DNA of 64,000 nucleotides from Fistulifera solaris (lineage: Eukaryota): assembly GCA_030295235.1 (NCBI GenBank), contig AP026124.1, positions 1,550,001 to 1,614,000 on the forward strand. The letters are read 5' to 3'. A model generated the notes under the pieces. That model was not told where the DNA came from. It searched no databases and saw only the letters and a list, made by a program, of their open reading frames with translations. The position numbers and the translations under genes are program-made. The stretch's first letter is position 1. The number at the start of each line of letters is the position of its first letter. Positions 24,901 through 35,868 of this stretch are shown here, in pieces.

Positions 24901-26205
24901 AGGCGCGTGTCGAGGAAGTTGAACTTCCTATCGTTGGTTCACCGAATAACAGGGCTATTGGATCGCGACAAAGTCGGTCTCGTCGTTTCTTGTCCGGCGA
25001 CGACGACGAAGAAGAAGAAGGAAGCGACGATGATGAATCGGGAACGGAGGTGATCACTCAGCCTTCCGCAACTACGGAGATGCTATTTACGCAAGAGAGT
25101 CGAACCCACACCCACTTTTCGCAGCGCAATAACCCGATTGTTGTTCGCGATCAACGTGAAGCATCTAAAGTAGACTTTTCGGAAATGCGGGATGATTTGA
25201 AACATCGTTTGTCGGATCGTGAAGAGAAGAAGATGCGAAAGGAATTCGATGATAGAATTGAGCAAGTTTCAGTGGAAATTGAACGCATAACACCCAACAT
25301 GAAGGTATGAACATTAAGTTGTCGGAGAACTTTAATCGTCTTGCACTAACACTTTTGATTTTTCAAACTTATCACAGGCCAGTGAATCTTTCTCTGCAGC
25401 GACCCAAAAAGTAAAAGAAGGGAACTATGATTACGAAAAGGCCAAGGAAAACGCAAACAAGGCCGCCCAGGAGTTTCAAAAGATCAAGGAAAAGCGCGCT
25501 AAGCGCTTTAACGAAGCTTTGAAGCAATTGATGAGGCCTTGAAGACGATCTACACCGATATGACTCGGAGCAGTAAGCATCCTCTCGGTGGCAATGCATT
25601 TCTGAGCCTTGACGACACTGACGAGCCCTTCAAGAGTGGAATCAAGTTCAATGCAATGCCTCCAATGAAACGATTTCGAGATATGGACCAACTCAGTGGT
25701 GGAGAGAAAACAGTTGCCGCCCTTTCACTGCTTTTTTGCCATTCATTCGTTCCAACCGGCACCATTCTTTGTGATGGATGAGGTGGATGCTGCTCTGGAT
25801 AATGTGAATCTTCGCAAGGTATGCAACTACATTCGTCAGCGAAGTCAAACAGATTTTCAATGCATTGTCATCAGCTTGAAAGATATCTTCTACGAGCAGA
25901 GTGAAAGCCTGGTGGGAATCTGTCGCGATGTTGGGACGAACTCGAGCCGCACACTTACGCTTGATCTCACCAAGTTCGACAATCCCACCGGACATACCGG
26001 TGAGCCCAGCAGCAGCAAGAAACGGTCCAGTGACGCCTCCACACGACAAACCCTCTCTCCTCCGCTTAGCACGGAATCTAAAAAGAAAAAGGTACGCTTG
26101 TTGACTTCCGCCGCTGACGTTCGTCCGCCTCTGCGCAATCGTCGTTCCAGTGAAAATCGACTAAACGAGACTGCTCATGATGACGATATTTCGACTCGCT
26201 CCTGA
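21914..26205 (+). CDS. SMC1: Cohesin subunit SMC1
   Basis: [26 protein letters not shown], hinge, [25 protein letters not shown]; introns ~22000-22071, ~23316-23385, ~25305-25377; several frameshifts; 3' end uncertain. Confidence 0.95.
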
Positions 26206-26292
26206 AAGATATGAACCCCTAGTAGTGTAATTGGACTATATAGTATTCGAAAGACATAGAAACCTAGTCTACTGAGCTCTTACAGCATGTAT

Positions 26293-27003
26293 TTAGCGCC
26301 AAGAGCGACCCGTATCGCGACCTTTCGGTTTCCTCTCCTCTCGCTCTCCCCAAGAACCAGAACGTCGTGTCTCTCCATGTGCCGAAGAACGCGCTTCGGA
26401 AGATTTCGGTTTCCACACCTGCGTGTTCCGGAACGATGATTTGTCTTGAATAGAGTTTTGGTGCGGTTTAAACTCCATGTTGGCGTGATTTGGCAACTGA
26501 AGCACTTTTTTAATCGCATCCCGTATGCGATCTACCATGTCACGATCAGATGCAGTCTTGTTCCAAACGCCGAGAATATCCTCGCCGTAACGGATCGATA
26601 GAACAGCTCCGCAAATCTCACCATCAGGGACTCCAAAGAACTGACCCCCAATCAGAGCCAACATGATCTCTTCCCAGTAGCGACTGGATAGCCCCTTTGG
26701 CAAACGCACAATCCACTTTCCACCTTTCGAATTGCTCGGGTCTTCCCATGTGGGCTTGATACCTCCTCGAAAGAAGTGGTAATCAGTTGTAGTGGGAAGC
26801 TCGCTTGGGCGCTTCAAGAAATCATACGTTTCCCAGAAGTCTTCCACGGTATCAACAGAGGTGATCGTTTTGATGGCGTTTTCGTAAGGATGGGCTGGCT
26901 GCGATTCATGCTTCTGTTCCCCTTCCTCCGTCTTGGGCTTGTTTCCGCCGCGCCTCATGTAAGAGAAGACAAAATTGGTTTGAAGTGGTGTCTTGCCGGT
27001 CAT
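26293..27003 (-). CDS. eIF4E class II (4EHP/nCBP-like)
   Basis: TVEDFW and GIKPTWED...GGKW motifs; Tyr (YENAI) at the first cap-stacking Trp position is typical of class II; start uncertain. Confidence 0.85.
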   Translation of the reverse strand: MTGKTPLQTNFVFSYMRRGGNKPKTEEGEQKHESQPAHPYENAIKTITSVDTVEDFWETYDFLKRPSELPTTTDYHFFRGGIKPTWEDPSNSKGGKWIVRLPKGLSSRYWEEIMLALIGGQFFGVPDGEICGAVLSIRYGEDILGVWNKTASDRDMVDRIRDAIKKVLQLPNHANMEFKPHQNSIQDKSSFRNTQVWKPKSSEARSSAHGETRRSGSWGEREERKPKGRDTGRSWR

Positions 27004-27128
27004 AATATTATCTTGCTTGTGGAGATTCGAATTCAATTGGTCGTCATGGTTGGATCATTTTGCTACACCCAAGGAGGCTACACCCGCCATTGCCCCAGCT
27101 GTACCTGGTAGCCTGTAGCTAGCTGCAA

Positions 27129-27163
27129 GGTACCGGTACCGGTACTTGTACGGTACCGGTACG
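27129..27163. repeat. Short GGTACC/TACCGG tandem tract
   Basis: ggtaccggtaccggtacttgtacggtaccggtacg. Confidence 0.8.
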
Positions 27164-28045
27164 ATATAGTTTGCCGTGTCGCATCGACCTCACATACTTT
27201 TATTCACGGTACGATACGATCATCAAAAACATTATAACGTACAGAGTAGGCGTGACGTTCCCATCTCCCATCTTGACATACGAATCAATCATCAAAAATA
27301 GAATCAGTCCCGTAAACACTATCCGCATTCATGATCTATCTCTTTTGATGAAATATTTCATCTTACGCACTCTATATGCTACAGCAATATTGCATTGTTG
27401 GCTTTGACCAACAAATTACATTCACTATACTCCAAAAAAAACCAAGAAAACTCAAAGGTGTAATAATATAAGACGGTACCCATCTTCTACGTAGGCGGGG
27501 GTGCCCAGAGCCCGGAAATTGTGGATTTCGACAACATTATTTCTCGGGTCAATCTTGTACCAGTGGCAGCGCAACTTTCAACGACATCAATGGGGTGTAT
27601 CGCTTAACAAATGACGGATGCTTGTTTGCGTTTGGAATGAAGACAAGAGAAGAAAGGCAATACTCCACAAGTCTCTAGCAATTTCTTCGTTGGCGCAATG
27701 AGCGATGTAGGGGGTACGGGTACCCGGCTATTGGTTACCCGACCGAAGGAGAGTAATCGATTATTGGAGTGTTTGAACACGAATGTGAGCTTGCCCTGCT
27801 ACTAGTACAAAACAATCGCATTCTTACCTGGAAACAACCTCTGAGATCATTCGATTCCATAAACAGTGCAAATTGAGATGCAATTGCTTTGAAAGTTTCA
27901 TAAGCTGTCGAGTACGGTAGCTGCCTTAGGTTGAGCTGACATGGAACAGGCCACTAGGTTGCGACTCAACTTGCAGCATAAATAATAGCGATGGTAACCC
28001 GGACCCGATAGCAGGATGAATAGAAGAATAATTAGTATATTATCT

Positions 28046-30370
28046 TTACTCTTCGTGTTCGCTCTGCTTCCCGTTTTTCAAAGACATTCGAAGCGAAGCG
28101 GCTAAGGCAGCCTCTTGATTCCGATCTAAGACACACGACTTCCAATGTGCCAATTGAGGCTTTCCCAAAACAGCCGCCAAAATTTCCCGCCCAAATTGTA
28201 ATGGGATTCGTACATCACTATCGGCGTTGTGCTTGTAAAGAAATCTTTTGTAAGTATGACGGCTGTCAGGTACTTCGAGGTAGAAGTACCCAAAGCTATC
28301 GTCATCATCGGTAATAACGGCTTTCAGGTTCAGATCCGATGAGAGCTCCCGCAAATTTACTCCAATCTTTTTGGCTTGTGCCATCATAGTAGCTTGTAGC
28401 TTCGCACCTAGTCCGCGTTCTACAGGAACGCATTGGACGTGCGTGTGATAGCCATGAATGGTTTCGATTGCACGTTCAAAGACAAATAAATTCATGTCAT
28501 ATGCTCTGGATGCGTGTTCTCGTAGCATTCGTTTGGTGGATTCGATCTCTTCTGCCACGGCGGGATCCGCAAATGCTCCTTTACTGCTATGGTGCACGGG
28601 TATTAGGAGCACGTGCCCGGGGTGCACAGGTCCTTTTGGCATGGCTGAATAACACAGATCATAAACACCCGTGATCAGATGCTTTTCGCAGTCTTCAGAT
28701 GCTAAGCAAAACCAGCAATCCTTACGCGAATCCGCTGGGAAATGTTGACGCTCAAAGCGAAACCCTGAAGAGTCTTCAATTATGTCATCCTCCCGTGTAT
28801 CTGCTTTTGCCCAATGCAAGTAGAGGCCGTCCAAGTCTTGTGAAGGCTTAGCTGTTGCGTCTGTAAGAAGTCGACCACCATCGGTACTACCGGTTAATGT
28901 AGCCAACGCCATGCTAGCGGCTGCATGCGAAGCGAAATCCATGAATCCGAAGAATGCTCGGTCTTGCGGTAGCCTTGCTTGAACTCGAAGAGCAGGTTCT
29001 GTTTCGGCAGTCACTTTTTCTGTGTCGTCAGGCCCCGCCAGTGCATCCTCCAAAGTTTTCTCCATCCACTTGCGCAGGATCTCGCATGTTAACTTTACAT
29101 CAGAAACAGACGGAGGCAATTTAAAGTAGACAGTTGATGAATCTTTTGCCTCACTTTCCGTCAAACGCTGCCGCTTGCTGTCCGCATTACTCGTTTTTGC
29201 GCTGCTGCTACCCCATTTCAATGTCAGTTCCACTCCTTCTACTCGTACCTTGCCTCCGCATTGCTCTAAACACCTTTCGGCTTGTTCGTGAGTCGCGAAC
29301 TCTAAAAAGCAGAAACTACTGCTATTTGCTGGTCGCCGAATCGATTGCAGATTAAACTTGGAAAAGGCATTTTGCATCAATGGATCCCCCGATTCGGCAA
29401 GCTGCAGTCTTCCCGATACATCATGATGCAAGCCATGAACAAATAATGTTGTGCAGTTTAAATCCACTTCAACTGGAGTGTCATCATTTCTGGATCGTTT
29501 CGTTGCCCAGCGATGCTGTTGCGGCTGATCTCTAGTCCGTTCTTCGTTCATAATACGTCGGATACTGGCTTCCGACAAGTTAGCACCGGCCGATTTACCG
29601 TTCAGTGGTTCGTTCATTTTCTGATACGACGTGTCCGTGAACGGGCACGGCTGAACGACTGCAGGACGTTGTTCGTTCAGTTCGGCAGTGCTCATGGAGT
29701 GAAGAGGCGCTATTCCAACGGCGTGGACATATTTCGTGTCCTTTGTAGAATTGTTTCGAATCGGCGCAATAGATAAAAATCGTCCCACGTGAAGGGTTTT
29801 TGTAGTATGCGTGATCGAAGGCAAATGATCAAATGCAGTGGATTGCTGAAAGGACTCTCCAACGGATACATGATAACGTGCTCGCGCTTGGAGTGCTACG
29901 TGCGCTACGTCAAATGACATGAGAGTGTTGGTGGCAGCATTCATACAGCTCTCGATTCCTTGAGGCCATTCGTGGCTGAATAATAAGTCACAACCGGTAT
30001 AGGATGCATGCTTGAAATGATTCATCAAGTCTGGTTGTGAGTCGACGCGTATATTCCAAGGTAGCGTCGCAACAATCAGATCCGCTTTGTTGGGGATAGA
30101 TATGCTTTTCACTCCCGTCGAGAGAACGTGCAAATTGGTGGCTAAACTCTCAATATTGTCACATTCTTGCACACCTTTCAAGCCGTGAAGATATACTGGT
30201 AAAGGAAAATTGCTTTCTTTCAAGGAATCAATAGTAGAACGACCGACAACAAATGCAACATCGAAAGGCCCCGCTTTGCTCGAATGCAGAGCGTTTATCT
30301 TTGACACAAACAGTTTTTCGCTCTCCGGATCGGAGATGGGACCAAAGAGCAGTATCTTGATTTTGCTCAT
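28046..30370 (-). CDS. CWF19L1: CWF19L1/Drn1-like protein with two inserted RRM-like domains
   Basis: KAGPFD and DLLFSHEWP N-terminal motifs; CWFCL...KGP...HVLLIPVHH and HTHVQCVP (CwfJ); QFGREILA. Confidence 0.88.
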   Translation of the reverse strand: MSKIKILLFGPISDPESEKLFVSKINALHSSKAGPFDVAFVVGRSTIDSLKESNFPLPVYLHGLKGVQECDNIESLATNLHVLSTGVKSISIPNKADLIVATLPWNIRVDSQPDLMNHFKHASYTGCDLLFSHEWPQGIESCMNAATNTLMSFDVAHVALQARARYHVSVGESFQQSTAFDHLPSITHTTKTLHVGRFLSIAPIRNNSTKDTKYVHAVGIAPLHSMSTAELNEQRPAVVQPCPFTDTSYQKMNEPLNGKSAGANLSEASIRRIMNEERTRDQPQQHRWATKRSRNDDTPVEVDLNCTTLFVHGLHHDVSGRLQLAESGDPLMQNAFSKFNLQSIRRPANSSSFCFLEFATHEQAERCLEQCGGKVRVEGVELTLKWGSSSAKTSNADSKRQRLTESEAKDSSTVYFKLPPSVSDVKLTCEILRKWMEKTLEDALAGPDDTEKVTAETEPALRVQARLPQDRAFFGFMDFASHAAASMALATLTGSTDGGRLLTDATAKPSQDLDGLYLHWAKADTREDDIIEDSSGFRFERQHFPADSRKDCWFCLASEDCEKHLITGVYDLCYSAMPKGPVHPGHVLLIPVHHSSKGAFADPAVAEEIESTKRMLREHASRAYDMNLFVFERAIETIHGYHTHVQCVPVERGLGAKLQATMMAQAKKIGVNLRELSSDLNLKAVITDDDDSFGYFYLEVPDSRHTYKRFLYKHNADSDVRIPLQFGREILAAVLGKPQLAHWKSCVLDRNQEAALAASLRMSLKNGKQSEHEE

Positions 30371-30704
30371 GGTACAAGCAATTTGCAGTTTTTATTTTAA
30401 TACAGGCTAATCAATTGCCGACCTCCTTGCAAAATGGAGCAAGCAAAATTGTTTTTCTTCGTTAACCACTTGCATCCGTGACTGTTACCAAATGAATCAT
30501 GATTCGGATCCGTTTCCAGCACTATGAAGCGAAATGTTGTCGCGTTTCATTTCGGTCTGTAGGTGTGTCCGTCGGACGAGGCATCGCTTTTCACCACCGA
30601 TCCGAAACATTCCAAAAAAGGCGCTTGTTGCTCTCACCATCAACAAGGCGATGAAATTTCTTCTGCTTGTTGGATTTGAGAAACAATTTTCCGATAAACG
30701 AGGA

Positions 30705-32784
30705 TGAAAATATCAAATTGGACCCTCGCTGCGAACAGCGGTAAAAGAGGCCAGTTGCTGCGCGATGGGATGCTAGAGATGATCTGTATATAACGACGGA
30801 ACATCAGATCTCATGCTTGAAAAATGATACTGTTTACTATTCCAAGCGTCCGACGCAAGCTTCTGCCTTTATTACAAAGTCGGCTACTCCCATTGCTGCA
30901 TTATCGACGACAAAGCGTGTATTTGCCTTCTCAAACGGCAACACAAAGCTTGAATGTTGGTCGTCTTCGGATGCTTCTTCCGAAACTCTGATCACACTAC
31001 CCAGCCCGGCGGTAGATATTGAGTTTTGTGCTCCTTATGTCTATGGTAGCTGTGAGGATGGGAAAGCATTTGTAACGATCGGCGGAACGGTGGAGATCAT
31101 TCCTACCGTTGTTGAAGGCGGAACGATGCGCAAGACGGTCATGCTGCCTCATTCCACCGTTTTAATCGGCACGAAGCGAAAAGCAAAGATTGAATCTGCA
31201 AAATTGTACCAGGTTTTCCAAGCGAAGGGTGGGATAGTATTGGTCATACACGAATTACTTGTGGAGGATACAACAATACAAGTGACACGCTCGGATACGA
31301 AAGTGCTACCTGAAGAATACTGCAACATAGAAATTGTCGGTGTTCACCATGACCATGTCGGTTTTTGCTACGATCGCGAAAAACAACGTTATTTTGGGTC
31401 TTTGTCACTCGTGAATGCACGAATTGCATCTTTCGTGTTGCCAGCTGGTGCTCGTAGGGTAGCGCTTATGGGTCCTCTTCTCGTCGTTCTACTGGGAAAC
31501 AGTCTAATGTTTTTGGATTCTATGAGAGGCGGTATCATCGATGAGAAATCGCTCCCTCACACAATGGATAGCTGCGATGAGGATGCAATGCAACTGATAG
31601 TGAAGGAGAGAAAGCTTGCTTTGCTTTTCGGTAATGACGCAGTGCAGGTGGCGACTGCAACGCTGTCTTCAAGTACAGTGGGTAACTTGGCGAGCTTATT
31701 AACCAATTCTCTACAAACGACAACGAAGACCCTTTTTGTCCGACAGTTTGTTCACTCACCAGATGCTTCTCTAGAGGAAAGTGTATCAATGCTTATCGAC
31801 GCTTACGACCTTATTGTATCGAACAAGGCATGCAAGGAGAATTTTTTACTGCGATCATTTGAAAACGCTTTGAAGTGCCTCGTTCCCCCGCACAACGACG
31901 GCGATAACCCCCAGGAGCAAAGTCCAAAAAAGCGGTCTAAAGTATCTTCGAATGGCGTGCACCACAACGGAATGAATGGAAACTTAGCCCCTATTTTAAC
32001 AGATTTTCCAACAGCTGTGGTTGACTGCATGACAGAAATTGTGGTGAGACTTCTTTGCGTAGACAAGCTAGCACTTTCAGACTCCGCTATACTTCTAAGA
32101 CGGCTCACGAGAACGAAGAAGGTCTCGGCGCGGAGACATTTTTCATCACTACCGAGAATTCTTTTAGCGTTGAGACGAAGTGTCGATTACAACTCTACCA
32201 ATTTTCTAACGGACATGTTTCAATACTGTCCTGACATTTCCGAGTCACAGCTGGTGTCTTGTTTAAGATTTGGAATGTGTTATTTCACGGCTGATGATTT
32301 TCTTGAAGGCGCTACAAACGGAGAGAAACAGCCGTCAACGAACGGCAAGAAGGATCAACACGCCGTATTCAAAGTCATTCGCAAATCGCTTTGTCACCTT
32401 TTGGGACAAATTCTCACATACTCTTCTTGCAATGATAGCTTGTTGCGTGCTGCTTTTGTAGACGTTCTGTCTACAGCTGAAATGAAAATTACTTTGACTT
32501 TGTTGGTGGAACGTTTAGAGTCGAACTCCGATGCTAATACGAAGATGGAAGCCTTACAATGGATCTCAAACCTCTGCGATTGCTTGAACAAAAGAAACGA
32601 TCATTCCATCGACATTCATGCAATTCGAAGACGTATCACTTCGTATGTAAAGAACATTCAGGGAACCATTGTGCTTAAGGGCGTGATAGACAGTATAATG
32701 GAATCGATTAAAGGCTCGAGAAACGGCGAGTCCGTGTGGACTGGAAAGCTTCCTCCCTACCAAATTGAACGATTAACCTTTTAA
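30705..32784 (+). CDS. Hypothetical protein, possibly NOL11/Utp8-like
   Basis: 655-aa ORF with a beta-rich N-half and helical C-half, ending YQIERLTF like the NOL11 tail; start at 30705 would need a frameshift or intron. Confidence 0.5.
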
Positions 32785-33022
32785 AATATAATAGACGGTT
32801 ATTTAACTGGCTTTGCTATGGACACGCGCTAGCTGGACATGGATTTGCCAGGGAGACACGGGAACGCACCTCTGCTTGGTACATTTCTCTACGGGGGTCT
32901 ACGTGAAAGTACACAATTTCCCTCACCTTCCAGCTCTCTTTTGTTGATCATTACTCTATTATTTTGTGTTGATCCAATTTGGCAAGTGACTTAATGAAGC
33001 CTAATTTAGCCAATCCAGGCGT

Positions 33023-33110
33023 GCCGAATTAGCTCAGTCGGTAGAGCGCACGACTCTTAGCCTGAACCTTAGTTATCGTGTGGTCGTGGGTTCGACCCCC
33101 ACATTCGGTG
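33023..33110 (+). tRNA. tRNA-Lys(CTT) with 15-nt intron (33060-33074)
   Basis: Acceptor stem GCCGAAT/ATTCGGT; D-arm AGCTCAGTCGGTAGAGC; anticodon stem CACGA/TCGTG; GTTCGA T-loop; TTTT terminator follows. Confidence 0.95.
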
Positions 33111-33247
33111 TTTTCTTTGCTTTTCCTTTCTTGCGCCGCGGTTTTTGCGCATGCTCATGATTGATTGTGATAGACTGTGATATTGTTATTATTTGCTATC
33201 AAAATCTTCTCTTTTTGTTTCGTTTGTGAAAAGCTTTCCGCTAAACA

Positions 33248-34753
33248 ATGTTCGAAGAATTCGGGCAGTGCATATTATCCGCGAAAGACCAGCAAGATGA
33301 AAAGGTTACGAGAAATAGCTACTATTTAGATACAAGTGGTCGAGCTTGTCTATCGGTGCCGTTGGTGCTGTCCTTTCCGACAGAACGATGTCTCAAAGAC
33401 ACTTTCAATGCAAATTGCTTCTATCCACGGCCAAATTATGATGAAACAACCGAAGATGGTATTGCCGGTAATGAAGAAACACCAACATCGAGTAGTATTG
33501 CCATCGAAGCAAAAGTTGCGCTAACCTTCGGCTCTGGAGAAGCTATAATGGCTGTGGTAGAACAAGTTCGAGTTCATTCGACTGAAATTCTTTCCCCAAC
33601 ATCGGTTCTCTTTGAAACGGATATTCATATCCGAGTGTCACTTTTAGAAGGGAATACTCGATGGCGAATGACGGATGTCAAAGTAGCGATTGAAACATCA
33701 GCGGTACTTCGTCAACGACTTCCTGACCAGGGTGATAGTTCAACCGATAGGGCACTGCGGCTGCTGAAACATACAATGACGAAATCACTGGACACGGATG
33801 TTCACAATGTACGAAGCAGTCGAACCGCTCCCATTAGTATCAAAGCCCATTTGACCCAAGCATTGATAATTCACGTGGACAGTGTAAGTGGACCGACTGT
33901 GGGAGAGACTTTCCTTTCGGTCCAAATTCGACATTCCTCCACACACAAGGAACCGGTTACCATTACTCGAATCGCACTACATCCGCTGCAGGATGAATTA
34001 ACACATGCGGCTCCAAGAACGACCAGCAGTTCTATTCGTTGGGGATTCGCCGAACGTTGCGATCCGTGTTTACCCATCACGTTGAACCCAGATGAGAGCT
34101 TCTCGACCATACTTTTAGTGGATGCTTCTCAAGAAAGTGCCTACCAAACATTTAAATGCCCCGTGTCTGTGACCGCAGTTCTCGGAAAGCGTGAGAGCAG
34201 TATCGGCGGTCACAGATATCAAGTCACGGCGAGCGCCAAAGCTGAGTTCACATCGTCACCTATGGCCTCAGAACCGTCGGATGGTTTTGTTCTTGATTTT
34301 CAAGTTATAAACGAAAAAGTACACGTCGGTTCCTTGGTTACAGTCAGAGTGAGCGTGCAAAATTTGAGCAACAACACTAGGCGCAATCTGATGCTTTGGG
34401 TCGGGGACAACAAAACAAGCCGCGAAGAAAAGTTATCCTTAGCTGCAAATGAGGTAGCACGACGACAGGAAGCTTCAAACGAACGAGATGATGGCTATAA
34501 AATCAAGATCACGGGATTGTCTCTGTCCGAACTGATGAAAGCACCTCATCAATCTTTGATATCCCTTGACACACAATATATCTTACCGCCGATAGAAGGC
34601 CACACCGCAACCACTGCAGATTTTAGATTCATTCCTTTGGTCGAAGGATTGGTCACATTCCCACATATCCATGTCGTTGATCGCACGAGGGGTTTTACTT
34701 ATGCAAGCCTTCATGAGTTTCGAGCCGTGGTGGCCCCACCCAGTCCTTGGTGA
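33248..34753 (+). CDS. Ig-like beta-sandwich protein, TRAPP subunit (Trs65/TRAPPC13/14)-like
   Basis: 501-aa ORF; C-terminal FRFIPLVEGLVTFPHIHVVD resembles TRAPP Ig-domain ends. Confidence 0.5.
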   Translation: MFEEFGQCILSAKDQQDEKVTRNSYYLDTSGRACLSVPLVLSFPTERCLKDTFNANCFYPRPNYDETTEDGIAGNEETPTSSSIAIEAKVALTFGSGEAIMAVVEQVRVHSTEILSPTSVLFETDIHIRVSLLEGNTRWRMTDVKVAIETSAVLRQRLPDQGDSSTDRALRLLKHTMTKSLDTDVHNVRSSRTAPISIKAHLTQALIIHVDSVSGPTVGETFLSVQIRHSSTHKEPVTITRIALHPLQDELTHAAPRTTSSSIRWGFAERCDPCLPITLNPDESFSTILLVDASQESAYQTFKCPVSVTAVLGKRESSIGGHRYQVTASAKAEFTSSPMASEPSDGFVLDFQVINEKVHVGSLVTVRVSVQNLSNNTRRNLMLWVGDNKTSREEKLSLAANEVARRQEASNERDDGYKIKITGLSLSELMKAPHQSLISLDTQYILPPIEGHTATTADFRFIPLVEGLVTFPHIHVVDRTRGFTYASLHEFRAVVAPPSPW

Positions 34754-35868
34754 TAGATTTGCGTAACGTTTATGTTTGCAAAGCGCCTCTTAAATCAAAG
34801 AGATGGCTAAATTTTCCTTTCTTTACACCTTAGACTAATGAGCTACTCTAGATGACGCTTTAGGTAAAGCGAGTTTGAAGTACGACGCGCGTAGTTTAAT
34901 TTTTAAACAATTTTGAATGGACTATCTCCTAAAGTTAAGGCTCCCTTTTCTCCGTCTCTATCGATATTCAGTCACGGGATTGTAAACGGCTTTCATTTCT
35001 ATGCCACTACATTCTAAGTAAGAGTACTTTTGGGACCAAGGATGTTAGTTGATGTTTCTCATCATTGAGACACATAGGCACATTAAGTATACTGATATTT
35101 ATTCCTAATTTCATTTTATTTTTCAGAACGTTCGTCAATTTAGGTCAAACTAATATTTATTCCTAATTTTTTCCTCGTCAATTAAATTTCGTAAAATAAT
35201 ACCCCGGACTATCGCATAAAAAGTTAGCGACCTATTCTCCGACTTAATTATATTGCAGTCCCGTGTGACATAACTACTCCAATATCCCGTTCTGGTTTGA
35301 AAGTTCGACTAATCTGAACCATCGATGGCTTACCTGGTTTGACTACACGTAGAAATGTTTCATTATCATCGAGCCTTATAATGCTTTACACGGAAATAGG
35401 TTTATGCATACCAGTTTTAGTAACAACGGATTACCTGGTAAGGTTCCCTTTTCGTTGCAAATCCTCTGTCCGTTGAAAATCGGCGAGATTGGGACGGAGA
35501 ATCTATACCTAACATACACGTTCGATGTATCGTTCTTGTACTTTTTCAGTGTTAGTGTAAAATGATTTAGGAATGCGAAGCCTATGAAGTGAAAGTGTTA
35601 GTAGGATACATAGCATAAATATTTGTTTTATTTAGGTTTTCAATTCACTCTTTGACGTTGACTCAATGAGTGACTATAAAATGCGCGCTAATTTTGCTTC
35701 GCCACACGTCTCACAATTTTCAACCCCATCGCCAGAGCCAAAAAGTCGTTCTTTTATCATCAACAAGTCGTTTTCTTGCTGAATAAGCGACTTCGCGGTA
35801 ACACTTTTGGAACGAACTTGTAGAGTAGCCTGCAGCAAGGTGCTTGTTTCGATATTATAATATACATC

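Noticed and set aside
27821..27832. U1 snRNA-like CTTACCTGG
   Set aside because: No U1 stem-loops or Sm site follow
27440..28040. Possible small gene or pseudogene in the gap between eIF4E and CWF19L1
   Set aside because: Only short open stretches with no recognisable motif
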